From: an uncultured delta proteobacterium
Lineage (GTDB): Bacteria; Desulfobacterota; Binatia; Binatales; Binataceae
Direction of reading: 5' to 3'
Assembly (NCBI GenBank): GCA_963808235.1
Contig: CAWEEQ010000004.1
Coordinates: 960,001-1,024,000, forward strand
Length of the DNA: 64,000 nt
Shown here: positions 31,215 through 41,141 of the stretch, one piece after another
Layout: every line of letters begins with the position of its first letter
Position numbering within the stretch: position 1 is the first letter of the stretch
Notes under the pieces: generated by a model
What the model saw: the letters and a program-made list of their open reading frames with translations, nothing else
Database searches by the model: none
What the model was told of the DNA's origin: nothing
Position numbers and translations under genes: made by a program

Positions 31215-32537
31215 TTATGCCAGACCTAGCTCCTTCAGTGGACCTCGATCCGAGACCGGGATTCGGCTGACCCCGCCGCGCAACTTGATCGATCCCGGCG
31301 CGCGCTCCAATGCATCGGGAAGATCGATCGCTTTCGCATGCTCGCGAAGCGCCGGGATCACCTCCTGCGCGATCAGTTTCATGCTGATCTGCCGATCCGC
31401 ATTTGGCACCGGCCCCTGCACGCTGAAAATGATCAGCGCGCCCGGCCGCAACACGCTCAAAATAGCCTTCAGCTTCGGGATAACGTTCTTCGGACTTCCG
31501 ATTATGAGCTGCAGCGCTTTCTGCGCCTTCTGATATCCGGGAATAAGTTTCCGTCGGATCGCTTCCGGATCGATTTCCACTTCCTCGCTATGCCCGCGCA
31601 ATTTGTCGCCGCTCACTCCGAGCCAGCTTCCCTGCGGCTGCTTGGCCATTCGCCGAATCGCGTCTTTCGAGTTGTAGCCCGGCGGCAGCGTATGCTCCAC
31701 GCGCGCGAAAGAATTCTGTCCGCCGCCAAACAAAAATCCCTTGCCAAGTTCCTGCGCTCGTTCTTCGGTCTCGGCCACAAAGGTCGGCATCACGTAACCG
31801 AAATTCTCCGGCCCCGCCTGGAAGCCATGCTTCGCCGCCTCATCGGCGTAGTATTCCCACAAATCGCAAGTCGGCCCCAGCGAGGTACCAAGTCCAAAAT
31901 ACGGATAGTTATGCTCCGCGCACCACTTCACCGTTTCCGGACTAATCACGCCGGGTATCCACATCGGCGGATGCGGTTTCTGATATGGCAGCGCCCACGG
32001 ATTCACATGCCGGTAGTGAAAATGCTTCCCCTCGTATCGCCACGGCCCGGGCCGGGTCCACGCCTGCACGATAAAATCGTGAGCCTCTTCGAAGAGCTCG
32101 CGGTTGTAAGCGGGATTGGCGTTATTGAAAAACTGCTCGCTGCCCGCGCCGCGCACCCATCCCGTGATAAGCCGTCCCCGCGAGATCAGATCGATCTCCG
32201 CAAGCTCCTCAGCCATTCGCAGCGGATGCTTGATCACCGGCAGCGGGTTCCCGATCAGCAGTATGCGCGCCTTCTTCGTCAGTCGCGCGAGAATCCCAGC
32301 CTCCACGTTCATCACGCTGCCCATGCAGAACGGGTTGCCATGATGCTCATTCAGCGCGACGATATCGAATCCCAGTTCCTCCGCGTACAGATTCTCGTCG
32401 ATAAAATAGTTGTAATCTTCCGCCGCCCGCTCCCGATCGAAGTAGCTATTCGATACACCGAAGTGTCCGCCATTGCGCAAAATAACTTCTTCCGGAACCC
32501 ACCGCGCCGGCCGCTCCGTAAAATATCCAATTTTCAT
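31215..32537 (-). CDS. LLM-class flavin-dependent oxidoreductase
   Basis: AEELGFD...NEHH, PLRMAEELAEIDLISRGR, PYQKPHPP. Confidence 0.9.
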   Translation of the reverse strand: MKIGYFTERPARWVPEEVILRNGGHFGVSNSYFDRERAAEDYNYFIDENLYAEELGFDIVALNEHHGNPFCMGSVMNVEAGILARLTKKARILLIGNPLPVIKHPLRMAEELAEIDLISRGRLITGWVRGAGSEQFFNNANPAYNRELFEEAHDFIVQAWTRPGPWRYEGKHFHYRHVNPWALPYQKPHPPMWIPGVISPETVKWCAEHNYPYFGLGTSLGPTCDLWEYYADEAAKHGFQAGPENFGYVMPTFVAETEERAQELGKGFLFGGGQNSFARVEHTLPPGYNSKDAIRRMAKQPQGSWLGVSGDKLRGHSEEVEIDPEAIRRKLIPGYQKAQKALQLIIGSPKNVIPKLKAILSVLRPGALIIFSVQGPVPNADRQISMKLIAQEVIPALREHAKAIDLPDALERAPGSIKLRGGVSRIPVSDRGPLKELGLA

Positions 32538-32573
32538 CGAACCACTCCTCCGTTCTCGCGACTCTCAATAATT

Positions 32574-32747
32574 TTGTTCCCCTTCCACTAGGGGAAGGGG
32601 TTAGGGGTTAGGTCTGCACGCATCGTTCGCAAAGCACGGGCACGCGCTTTTCTTTGTATTTATCCTCTTGAGTTTTTCGCCCTACAACACCCCCTTCTTT
32701 CTCTTTTTTGTGTCATTCTGAGCGCAGCGAAGAATCCCGGTGTCCAG
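32574..32747. repeat. composite intergenic repeat: hairpin CCCCTTCC-ACTAG-GGGAAGGGG plus GGGGTTAGGGGTTAGG, then REP-like TGTCATTCTGAGCGCAGCGAAGAA
   Basis: First about 64 nt nearly identical to 59877-59941; REP-like part recurs at 42099, 42382, 42665, 52410 and 59966. Confidence 0.85.
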
Positions 32748-32871
32748 CCGGCGCGCGCAGCACGACTCGAAGCCATCGCCTTGACCAGTCGCGCGCAAAC
32801 CAGCGTCGGCCCACCAACGCATTCCAAATTCCGAATTCCGCGCATAACCGAGGTCCTACAAATCTCTCTGA

Positions 32872-33657
32872 CTACTCACTAAGAAACCGACTGACTACAC
32901 GCTCAAACTCACTTGAGTTCTCAATCTCAGGCCGATGCCCCACATTATCAATCTCCGCAACCTGCGCCCCGACGATCGCCTGCTTGTACGCATCGATACA
33001 CCCGCGCGGAACCACTGTGTCACTGGAGCCCCACACCAGAATCGTCGGCGTCTTGTTCCCGCGCAAAAGATGGGGCAGGGCAGGGTCATGCATATACGGC
33101 TCCCACCCGATCCGCGCCGTCTCCGCCCGCGCATCCTCGAACGCCTCGAATTGCGCCGGCGTCATCTCCCCGCCATAGAGCTTCGCAAACTCCGGCGTCC
33201 CCGCCGGATCCGCAACCGTCGCCCGCAGATGCGTCCGAATCGTGATCGGGAAAATATCCTTGATCTCACCCTCAGCCGGCTTGATACCCATCGGCGCGAC
33301 CAGCACCATCTTCGAGAAAATCCGCGGGTCAGCCGCCGCCATTTCAGCCGCGACAAACCCGCCCGCCGAAAATCCAATCACATCGACCGGGTCGAGCTTC
33401 AGCTCGCGCACCACCTGCGAATAGAACCCGCCAAGATCTCGATACGTCCGGATCCAATCCAGCTTCGCCGTCTTCCCAAACCCCGGCTGCAGCGGAATGT
33501 ACAGCGTTCGATCATGCGCAAGACTCTCATTCCAGGTCATCCACCCCGGATACCCAAGCTCATCGTGAAAAATCAAAAGCGGCTTCCCCGACCCGCCCTT
33601 GACCATGACAAGCGGCACCCCCGCAACATTGATCGTTTCCTCAGCCCATCTGATCAC
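32872..33657 (-). CDS. alpha/beta hydrolase
   Basis: PGFG, IGFSAGG nucleophile motif, VGHRPEIE. Confidence 0.85.
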   Translation of the reverse strand: MIRWAEETINVAGVPLVMVKGGSGKPLLIFHDELGYPGWMTWNESLAHDRTLYIPLQPGFGKTAKLDWIRTYRDLGGFYSQVVRELKLDPVDVIGFSAGGFVAAEMAAADPRIFSKMVLVAPMGIKPAEGEIKDIFPITIRTHLRATVADPAGTPEFAKLYGGEMTPAQFEAFEDARAETARIGWEPYMHDPALPHLLRGNKTPTILVWGSSDTVVPRGCIDAYKQAIVGAQVAEIDNVGHRPEIENSSEFERVVSRFLSE

Positions 33658-33704
33658 GTCATCTCTCCTTGCGCGGTCTCCTACTGATTATCACCGGCAA
33701 ATGC

Positions 33705-35279
33705 TCACCAGCTATCGATGTAACTATGCTTCTTTCCCTCGCGCGGCTCCGGCGCCGGCGCCGATCGTAAACCCGTCATGATCCATCGCCGCGATTCAGC
33801 CGGATCGATCACATCGTCGATTCCGAATTGCGACGCACTGTTCAGCGCCTTCCCGCGCTGATACATAGTCGCGACCATCTCGTCGAATCGCTTTTTCCGT
33901 TCCGCCGGATCGTCGATCGCCGCCAACTCGTTGCGATAGCCGAGCTTCACCGCGCCCTCCAGTCCCATCGGCCCGAATTCTCCCGTCGGCCACGCTATCG
34001 TGAACATCGGCGCGTCGTAACTCCCGCCAGCCATCGCGATTCCACCGAGCCCATACGCCTTGCGCAGCACGATCGTAAAAAACGGCACCGTCGCATTCGC
34101 CGCGGTCAGGAACATCCGCGAGGAATGCCGCACCAGCGCGCTCTTCTCGATCTCCGGCCCCACCATGATTCCCGGCGTGTCGCACAAAAATAAAATCGGG
34201 ATGTCAAACGCGTCGCACAATTTTATAAATCGCGCGCCCTTGTCCGATCCGTCGCTGTCGATCGCGCCCGCCAGATGCTTCGGGTTGTTGGCCACCACTC
34301 CAAGAGTCCGCCCCTCGATTCGCATGAACGCCGCGATCATCGTGTGCCCGAAATCCTTCCGGATCTCCAGCACCGACCCCGTATCCGCCATCGTCTCGAT
34401 CACAGTTCTGACGTCGTAAACGCGCAGCCGATTCTCCGGGATGATATTCCGCAGCAGCCGCTGATCCGCGCACTCCCACTTGCTCACCGTTCCCTGGAAG
34501 TACGACAAATATTTTTTCGCCGCCTGCACCGCCGCCGATTCATCCGCCACCGCGATATCCACCACGCCGTTCGGCACCTGCACCTCCATCGGCCCAATTT
34601 CGTCGGGCCTGAAGATGCCCAGTCCGCCGCCTTCGATCATCGCCGGCCCGCCCATCCCGATATTCGAGCGACTCGTCGCGATCACCACGTCGCAGCATCC
34701 GAGCAGCGACGCGTTTCCCGCAAAGCATCGTCCCGACGTGATTCCGACCAGCGGCACCAGCCCGCTCAGCTTCGGGAAATCGTGAAACGATCGCGAGTGA
34801 TGAAATCCGCCGTCGGTGTCTCCGGGCCGCCCGCCGCCGCCTTCCGCGAACAGCACCAGCGGCAGCCGCGACTCGCGCGCGATCTGAAACATCCGATCTT
34901 TCTTGCGATGGTTCTGATGCCCCTGCGTCCCGGCCAGCACCGTGTAGTCGTACGACATGATGATGCATCGCGATTTCGCCGGCTCGAAAAGACTACCGTT
35001 GATGCTCCCGAGTCCAGTGACGAGTCCGTCCGCGGGAGTGTTCTTGATCAGGTCGTCGATCGCGCGCCGCCGCCGCTGTGCCGCCACCACGATCGGCCCG
35101 TACTCGACGAACGTGCCCGGATCGCATAGCTCCTCGATATTCTCCCGCGCCGTGCGCTGCCCGGTTTTTCTCCGCCGCGCCACCGCGTCCGGCCGCGCCG
35201 CATCGAGTCCGATCTCGTGCCGCTCATGCACCTCGGCCAGGTCGGCCCGCACGCTCTCCAGGTCAGTGTCCTTAGCCAT
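33705..35279 (-). CDS. acyl-CoA carboxylase carboxyltransferase subunit
   Basis: YDYTVLAGTQG, EGGGGRPGD, GMGGP, LCDTPGIMVG, RKAYGLG. Confidence 0.92.
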   Translation of the reverse strand: MAKDTDLESVRADLAEVHERHEIGLDAARPDAVARRRKTGQRTARENIEELCDPGTFVEYGPIVVAAQRRRRAIDDLIKNTPADGLVTGLGSINGSLFEPAKSRCIIMSYDYTVLAGTQGHQNHRKKDRMFQIARESRLPLVLFAEGGGGRPGDTDGGFHHSRSFHDFPKLSGLVPLVGITSGRCFAGNASLLGCCDVVIATSRSNIGMGGPAMIEGGGLGIFRPDEIGPMEVQVPNGVVDIAVADESAAVQAAKKYLSYFQGTVSKWECADQRLLRNIIPENRLRVYDVRTVIETMADTGSVLEIRKDFGHTMIAAFMRIEGRTLGVVANNPKHLAGAIDSDGSDKGARFIKLCDAFDIPILFLCDTPGIMVGPEIEKSALVRHSSRMFLTAANATVPFFTIVLRKAYGLGGIAMAGGSYDAPMFTIAWPTGEFGPMGLEGAVKLGYRNELAAIDDPAERKKRFDEMVATMYQRGKALNSASQFGIDDVIDPAESRRWIMTGLRSAPAPEPREGKKHSYIDSW

Positions 35280-35871
35280 TGTCCTTCGCTGCGCCACGAA
35301 TATAAGCGGGCCGCGCCGTCAGCCGCGCGACGTAATCGTCGTAGCATTTGCGCGCCGGAAAGATATTGCCCTTGAAAAACTGGCACGCCGATCCGTACAG
35401 AACGTCCGCTGCCGAGAATTTCTCGCCGAGAATGTACGGCCCCGCTTCGAGCGCGCCCGCGATCGTCTCCTCGACAGTTTCGAACTTCCCGAATCCCGTG
35501 ATCTGCTCCTTGTCCCAGCCACGAAAACGAGCCGCCGCCACCGGTTCCAGTATCGACGGATAGAAAAACAGCCAACGCAAGTAATCGGCGCGCTTCTTGT
35601 CGCCGACCGTCGGCCCGATGCCCGCCTTCGGGAACGCGTCCGTCAGGTACAGCGCGATACCCGCCGACTCGTACACGATTCCGCCGTCGTGCTCGATCGC
35701 CGGAACTTTCTTCAGCGGATGTATCCGCGCGTAGCTGTCCGGCGCCGGCGCGCCTTGCCCGTCAGCGCGCACGATCGACGTAAGCTCGATTTTGTACGGC
35801 TCTCCCAACTCCTCGAGCAGCCAGATGATCCGCGACGAGCGCGATCGCGGCGCATGATACAGCGTGATCAT
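35272..35871 (-). CDS. glutathione S-transferase family protein
   Basis: LYHAPRSRSSRIIWLLEELG, KVPAI, ESAGI, FSAAD. Confidence 0.92.
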   Translation of the reverse strand: MITLYHAPRSRSSRIIWLLEELGEPYKIELTSIVRADGQGAPAPDSYARIHPLKKVPAIEHDGGIVYESAGIALYLTDAFPKAGIGPTVGDKKRADYLRWLFFYPSILEPVAAARFRGWDKEQITGFGKFETVEETIAGALEAGPYILGEKFSAADVLYGSACQFFKGNIFPARKCYDDYVARLTARPAYIRGAAKDNG

Positions 35872-35987
35872 TTTTGCGTTCTCCTCGCTCGCAGCATAGT
35901 CCGGAACCGCGAAAAGAGAAAAACTCTTCGCAGTGTTCGCAAAAGCATCCGGTTGACGCCGATGCCGCCGGCGGCTACGAGAATGCC

Positions 35988-36419
35988 ATGGAAACTGCCC
36001 ACGACGATCTGCTCATCCAGAGTCCCGCCATCGGGATCATCGCCCGCATTCTCTTCACCCTGATCTTCGTGCTCTCCGGCATCACCCACTTCACCGCGAT
36101 GCGCAGTTACATCGACCTGATGCCGCCCGCGATTCCGTGGCGCGCGTTCTGGGTGACGATCTCCGCCGTCGTCGAACTCGCTGGCGCCGCGCTGATTCTC
36201 TTCAACTATCGCCCGCGTCTCGGCGCATGGCTCATCGTGCTGTTCCTGATTCCGGTGACGATCGTCGTGCATGGCACCGCGATGCTCACGCTTCCCGATC
36301 CCGTGATGCGCGCGGTTAACGTCTCGATGTTCCTCAAAGGCCTCGCAATGATCGCGTGCGCCCTCTTCATCACCCAACTCGGCGTCGCGAGCAACTCGCA
36401 GGAAAGTAGAAGGGGTTAG
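35988..36419 (+). CDS. DoxX family membrane protein
   Basis: IARILFTLIFVLSGITHF, VELAGA, four TM helices. Confidence 0.85.
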   Translation: METAHDDLLIQSPAIGIIARILFTLIFVLSGITHFTAMRSYIDLMPPAIPWRAFWVTISAVVELAGAALILFNYRPRLGAWLIVLFLIPVTIVVHGTAMLTLPDPVMRAVNVSMFLKGLAMIACALFITQLGVASNSQESRRG

Positions 36420-36427
36420 GGATCGGC

Positions 36428-37091
36428 TTACACCCGGCCGCCGATCCAGATCACTCGCCCGATAACCTTCACCATCGGAACCACCATCGGCTTCGTATTT
36501 CGGATTGTCGCTGCGCACCAGCAGCTTGCCGTCGGGTCGCCGCTGGATCCTCTTTACCGTCAACCCGCCGTCATGCCGCAGCAGGTAGATCCCGTCCTGC
36601 TTGAAACGCGGCTCGGCCAGGTTGGCGAGGATCAAGTCCGAATCCTTCACCGTCGGCGCCATCGAATCGCCATCCACTTCGATCAGGAGCAAATCGCGCG
36701 GCTCAGTGTTGAGGCTGCGCTTCACCCACGCGGCGCGAAACGCGACCGAGTCGACCACCTGGTCGCTGCTCAACACTCCCTCGCGCCCGCTCGAAAATCG
36801 AATCCGGTTGCGCGGCATGAAGATATAGTCGCCGTGCTCCATCGCATGCGTGATCGCCGCCGCCGTCTGCTTCGACTCCTCACCCGTCGCCAGCCACTCG
36901 ATCGATACCCGCGCCGCCCGCGCCAGCGAGACCAGGTTGTTCACGCTCGGCTGCCCGCGCCCGGATAGCCATTTGTAAATTGCGTTGTCCGATACTCCGA
37001 CCGCTTTCGCGACCGCCACCACGGAGTCGAATGTGTGAATCACCTGGGTCAGCCGCGCCCGGAATTCTGCCTCAACTATAGTGGTTGACAT
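36428..37091 (-). CDS. phage-type repressor, XRE-HTH plus S24 peptidase (1-nt insertion near 36492)
   Basis: RBS AGGAG; AVAKAVGVSDNAIYKW HTH; GDSM Ser and TVKR Lys dyad; SDNPKY; natural end KVIGRVIWIGGRV* in shifted frame. Confidence 0.88.
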
Positions 37092-37403
37092 ATAACTCCT
37101 TGTGTGAAATAAAGTTCTTAAAGCGCATGTCGTCTCCACAAGCAAATCACCGTCAACTCTCGCCGAAGCTTTTGCTCCCCACGCAGGTCCCCCGCGAATC
37201 TGCTCTCAACCCCATGCATCCTCCCATTCACCCGCCTCGCCGCCTCGATCGCCGATTCTCCCGCCCACACACTTCTAGCCTAGATCGCAGCCGCGCGCGC
37301 GTGGTTTCGTTCACAGTTTTCCACCAACCTCAAGTCCCACCGATCAAATCCGCACTCTTCCCGCTACTCACACTGCTCGATTCTGTTTGTCCGCGGAGGA
37401 TTT

Positions 37404-37625
37404 ATGGAAGCCGCGACCATTCTCGTTCGCACTCGCGTTTCTAATCGCGTCGTTGGATGCCTCTGGTGTCACCAGCCATCCAGTCATTCGGATGTGATTC
37501 GCAATCATGGACTCTGCGCTTCATGCGCCCAGCAGTGCGCGGAGATTTCATGGCGGCTCATCTATGATCGCGATCGCAAAATCGGATCGATTCCCGTAAA
37601 CCTTCGCCTCGCCTACGGCCTATGA
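37404..37625 (+). CDS. small zinc-finger protein
   Basis: Strong RBS GGAGGA; CLWC...CASC; stop overlaps next start (ATGA). Confidence 0.6.
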   Translation: MEAATILVRTRVSNRVVGCLWCHQPSSHSDVIRNHGLCASCAQQCAEISWRLIYDRDRKIGSIPVNLRLAYGL

Positions 37626-38107
37626 ACGCATCGCCCAACTTAAGAGCGGCTGCGAATCGCGTGCACTCGATGCCGCCGAGCGATCCTTTCACTGACGCGG
37701 CGCACTCGTCGCTTTACGATCAGATCGGTCGCTCGATCGGCGCCGATAAGGCGCACAAGCTCATCGCGGATTTCGGCGGCCGGCGTTTGTACATCCCGGT
37801 CGCGCCGGCGCCTGGCGATCGAGTGACGAGTTCGATCGGTCTGGTCGCGGCGCTCGCGATGGCGCGAGTGTTCGGCGGGGATCGCCTGGTGATTCCGGTC
37901 ACGATCGATCATGCGCGCCGCCGCAAGCGAATCTTTGCGCTGCGCGCCAACCACCTGAGCGTCGCGCGCATCGCGCGGCAGCTCCGATGCAGTGAGCGCC
38001 ACGTGTACAAGGTCCTGGCCGAGGGCCGCGATGGCCGTCTCGATTCGACAACGCCCGCGCCGTCCGCGGAGCACTTCAAACGTGGAAGCATCACCGGCCG
38101 TTCATGA
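37622..38107 (+). CDS. Mor/C-family transcription activator (Mu-like)
   Basis: LIADFGGRRLYIP, second FGGDRLVIP, C-terminal HTH IARQLRCSERHVYKVL. Confidence 0.8.
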   Translation: MNASPNLRAAANRVHSMPPSDPFTDAAHSSLYDQIGRSIGADKAHKLIADFGGRRLYIPVAPAPGDRVTSSIGLVAALAMARVFGGDRLVIPVTIDHARRRKRIFALRANHLSVARIARQLRCSERHVYKVLAEGRDGRLDSTTPAPSAEHFKRGSITGRS

Positions 38108-38612
38108 CAAGTACACGCCTGAATTTTTGATCGCCGTCGATCGGGTTCTGTCTAACGAGGGCGGCTACACCTTGGACCCGGCCGACCCGGGCGGCGCGAC
38201 CAAGTTTGGAATCTCCGCGCGCGAGCATCCCGGAGTCGACATCGCGGCGCTGACGCGCGACGCGGCCGTGAACATTTACTGGCGCGATTGGTGGCTCAAG
38301 TTCGGATTCGCGCGCCTGCCGAGCGGCGCGGCGGCCAAGACCTTCGACCTCGCAGTCAATATCGGACCGGCGCACGCGATCGAATGTCTTCAGCGCGCGC
38401 TGCGCGCCTGCGGGCATCGAGTCTCCGAAGATGGCGTCCTCGGCGAAGGGACGGCGCTCGCGGCGGCGCACGCCGATTCTGCGTCTCTGATCGTTGCGCT
38501 TCGATCCGAGGCCGCCGGCTACTACCGGGTCAGCGCCGCGCTCGCACGCGGCCCGCGCGCCAACGCCGACCGCGAATTTCTCGACGGATGGTTAAACAGG
38601 GCCTACGAATGA
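38082..38612 (+). CDS. endolysin, glycosyl hydrolase family 108
   Basis: EGGY..DPADPGGATKFGI, FDLAVNIG, LQRAL..EDGVLG, FLDGWLNRA. Confidence 0.92.
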   Translation: MEASPAVHDKYTPEFLIAVDRVLSNEGGYTLDPADPGGATKFGISAREHPGVDIAALTRDAAVNIYWRDWWLKFGFARLPSGAAAKTFDLAVNIGPAHAIECLQRALRACGHRVSEDGVLGEGTALAAAHADSASLIVALRSEAAGYYRVSAALARGPRANADREFLDGWLNRAYE

Positions 38613-38908
38613 AAACCCGTAAGGAAACTGCCGGTGAGCGCGCCCGCATCAAGCTCGGCCTCTCGCCTCTTCAGCCGGGAGAGGCCGACGCTGCGTCGGG
38701 TGAGGGCGCCGGCATCAACCTGAACGCGCAAGTTGTGCATGATGTCTCGCTTCCTGCACGTTCACTGAAAAAATGCTGCCAGAATCCGAATCTGCCGGCC
38801 GCGCTGGTGCCGGGATTTTGCGCTCTCAAATTCTGCGAACGTCCCCAACTACTGACAAAACGCCGGCTACGGCGCAGGCGCGAGAACGTCGAGCGAGTAC
38901 GAATCTGA
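38609..38908 (+). CDS. small hypothetical protein containing a palindromic repeat
   Basis: ATGA overlap with lysin stop; contains CCTCTC...GGGAGAGG...GGGTGAGGG element. Confidence 0.3.
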   Translation: MKTRKETAGERARIKLGLSPLQPGEADAASGEGAGINLNAQVVHDVSLPARSLKKCCQNPNLPAALVPGFCALKFCERPQLLTKRRLRRRRENVERVRI

Positions 38909-38942
38909 AACGCACGAAACACTGAACCAAGAGGTGAATGAG

Positions 38943-39233
38943 ATGAGCGTAACGGAAATTATCGCCGCGGGTGCGTACCCGCTCGTAGGCCTGGCCGGTT
39001 TTATTTTGGGCTCGCTGTTCGGACAAAAGCTGGTCGCCGATATCGAGGCGATGCTGCACGCGATCGAAGCGCGGCTCACGTCGGTTGAGAGTTCGGTGGC
39101 GACCAGTTCCGCAACCAGCGCGATCATGACTCACGCCGCCGCGACCGAAAAACTCGCGGTCGCCGTCGCCAAGCATTCGGCGGCGCAGGCGCAAGCCGCG
39201 GCCGCATCGAGTGCGCCCGCGGCGAAGAGCTGA
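38943..39233 (+). CDS. small single-TM phage membrane protein
   Basis: RBS GAGGTG; one N-terminal TM then coiled coil; within lysis module. Confidence 0.6.
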   Translation: MSVTEIIAAGAYPLVGLAGFILGSLFGQKLVADIEAMLHAIEARLTSVESSVATSSATSAIMTHAAATEKLAVAVAKHSAAQAQAAAASSAPAAKS

Positions 39234-39238
39234 CCGCG

Positions 39239-39640
39239 ATGCCGGCTCTGTTGATTGCGAACTACTGGAAGCCGATCGCGATCGCGGTCGCGATCGCCGC
39301 GATCTTCGCCTATCGCGCGGTGATTGTTCATCAACGCGACGCGGCGATCGCGTCGGCTGCCGCGCTGACTGCGCAGGTGGCCGACTTGCAAAGCGCGGAA
39401 GCGGCCTGCGAGGCCGCGGTGGCGCGGCAGAACGCGGCGGTCAACGCACTCGCGGATTCGGCCGCGCGCGAATCGGCGGCGGCGCAAACCCGCGAGGCCA
39501 ACGTCGCCGCCGCCGCGGCGAGCACGGCAACGGCCGAAGCGCGCCGCGCGGCCGCGCTCGAGACCGCGCCGATCGCATCGGATTGCGCAGGCGCAATCAA
39601 ATGGGCCAACGCGCAAGCGGCGGACTTGGGCAAATGGTGA
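39239..39640 (+). CDS. i-spanin (Rz-like)
   Basis: N-terminal TM, Ala-rich coiled coil, C-terminal Cys; lysis-module position. Confidence 0.65.
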   Translation: MPALLIANYWKPIAIAVAIAAIFAYRAVIVHQRDAAIASAAALTAQVADLQSAEAACEAAVARQNAAVNALADSAARESAAAQTREANVAAAAASTATAEARRAAALETAPIASDCAGAIKWANAQAADLGKW

Positions 39641-39936
39641 AGGGCGAACGGATGAAAACACAAAATGACATTAGACGATCTGCTTCGCCCTCCCATTGTT
39701 CCGGTTCACCTCTACCGCTGATGGCGACTGCGTCGCCATCAGCGGACCGGGAGAGGTCGTCCGACGACATTAATGTCGTCGGCCGGGTGAGCGCGCCGGT
39801 ATCGAGCGCTCCCGATGGGAGAGGATCGCCTCTTCCCCTCTCCCGATGGGAGAGGATTGAAGGTGAGGGACCTTATTCAGCGCGCGCTTCGCGCGCCATT
39901 CAAGATTCTGCTCTGCTCCGAAGCCTCGCTAAAGTT

Positions 39937-40377
39937 ATGCAAAGCCCTCACGCAGGGAGGGGCAAGACCTGCGGCGATATCTGCGCGCTGCTGCTCGCCT
40001 TTGCACTCACTGGATGCGCGCAAGTTGTGCCGGCGCCGGCGCCGCGCCCCGTGATGGTCGAAGTTCCGGTCGCGACTCCAATCTACTGCCAGGTGCCAAC
40101 CCTGACGCCGCCGGCACTCGCAATCGCGACGCTCAGTCCTGACTCGCCGCCTGCCGATACCGTCCGCTCCTACGCGGCGACAGTGGACATACTGAAAAGC
40201 GCGGTCCACGAACGCGACTCGATTTTGCAAGCCTGCGCCCCTCCATCAGGAACCACCAACCCACCTCCACCCCCAATCCCGCAAGCGAGTATCGCAACAC
40301 CGCCCGCAAAACCAGCGCAAGTGAGTATATCCAGTCGAATACTAACTACGATGCGGAAACTAGTCACATGCTGGTAA
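39937..40377 (+). CDS. o-spanin-like lipoprotein (Rz1-like)
   Basis: LLLAFALTGC lipobox, Pro-rich VEVPVATPIYC..P, later LQAC; longer upstream frame consists of repeat DNA. Confidence 0.65.
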   Translation: MQSPHAGRGKTCGDICALLLAFALTGCAQVVPAPAPRPVMVEVPVATPIYCQVPTLTPPALAIATLSPDSPPADTVRSYAATVDILKSAVHERDSILQACAPPSGTTNPPPPPIPQASIATPPAKPAQVSISSRILTTMRKLVTCW

Positions 40378-40557
40378 CACTCCTCTCCAATAGCCTCTCC
40401 CTGACAGGGAGAGGTCGGCGCGTCGTCTTCGACGCGGCGGGTGAGGGTACTTATTCAAAAGTCGGCATACTCAGATGACATACTCACTAACTATCTCACT
40501 CCTCCCATACGTTTTCTTCGCACTAGGCATAATCGGAGGTTACTACATATTCCGGTC

Positions 40558-40842
40558 ATGAAATTGCTCAATGACATGCTGACCGGGAAAGACAACCTCA
40601 CTTTCGACGCGGCCCGCGTAGTCGGTGTGATCGGCGCGTTTGCCTATATCGCATTCTGGTGCGTGCAGGTCTGGCATATGCGCCGCTTCGAGCCGGCCGA
40701 CGCCGATGCGTACGGCAAGGGCCTCGGGATGGTGCTGCTCGCGATGGCGGGGGCGGTGCTGTTGAAAAAATCGACCGAACCGGAAGTGCGCGCCGAAGAA
40801 GATCGGATGCGCGATCACGACCACGACGGTGCGATGCGATGA
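40558..40842 (+). CDS. holin-like two-TM protein
   Basis: Two hydrophobic helices, charged C-terminus. Confidence 0.55.
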   Translation: MKLLNDMLTGKDNLTFDAARVVGVIGAFAYIAFWCVQVWHMRRFEPADADAYGKGLGMVLLAMAGAVLLKKSTEPEVRAEEDRMRDHDHDGAMR

Positions 40843-41141
40843 GCTGGGAAGCGATCGCATCGTTTTTGCTGGTGCTGGTGACCCTGGTCGGAATCAATAT
40901 CGGAACGATCCGATCGATGCTCGAGCGGCATCGCAGCGCCACCCTGCGCGATTCCGAGAGATGGCAGGAGATTGAGCGCTCGGTGTTCGAATTGCGCGCG
41001 TCGATGCCGCTGGAATACGTGCGGCGCGAGGACTGGATCAGATTCAGCGGCTCGCTCGACGCGAAGCTCGATGCGATGCGGGAAGAAATGCGTGAAGAGA
41101 TCGCAGAGGTAAAGGACAGGTTGTATGCCGGAAGGAATTGA
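40839..41141 (+). CDS. Mu-like gp25-position protein (TM plus coiled coil)
   Basis: MSWEAIASFLLVLV..., PLEYVRREDWIR...LDAKLD typical of Mu-like phages upstream of terminase. Confidence 0.7.
   Translation: MSWEAIASFLLVLVTLVGINIGTIRSMLERHRSATLRDSERWQEIERSVFELRASMPLEYVRREDWIRFSGSLDAKLDAMREEMREEIAEVKDRLYAGRN

Noticed and set aside
35868-37145. 425-aa extended repressor
   Set aside because: The extension is antisense to DoxX and arises from a 1-nt insertion near 36492.
36400-37620. Mu left end, att site or transposase
   Set aside because: No DDE transposase or integrase ORF and no recognisable end repeats could be seen.
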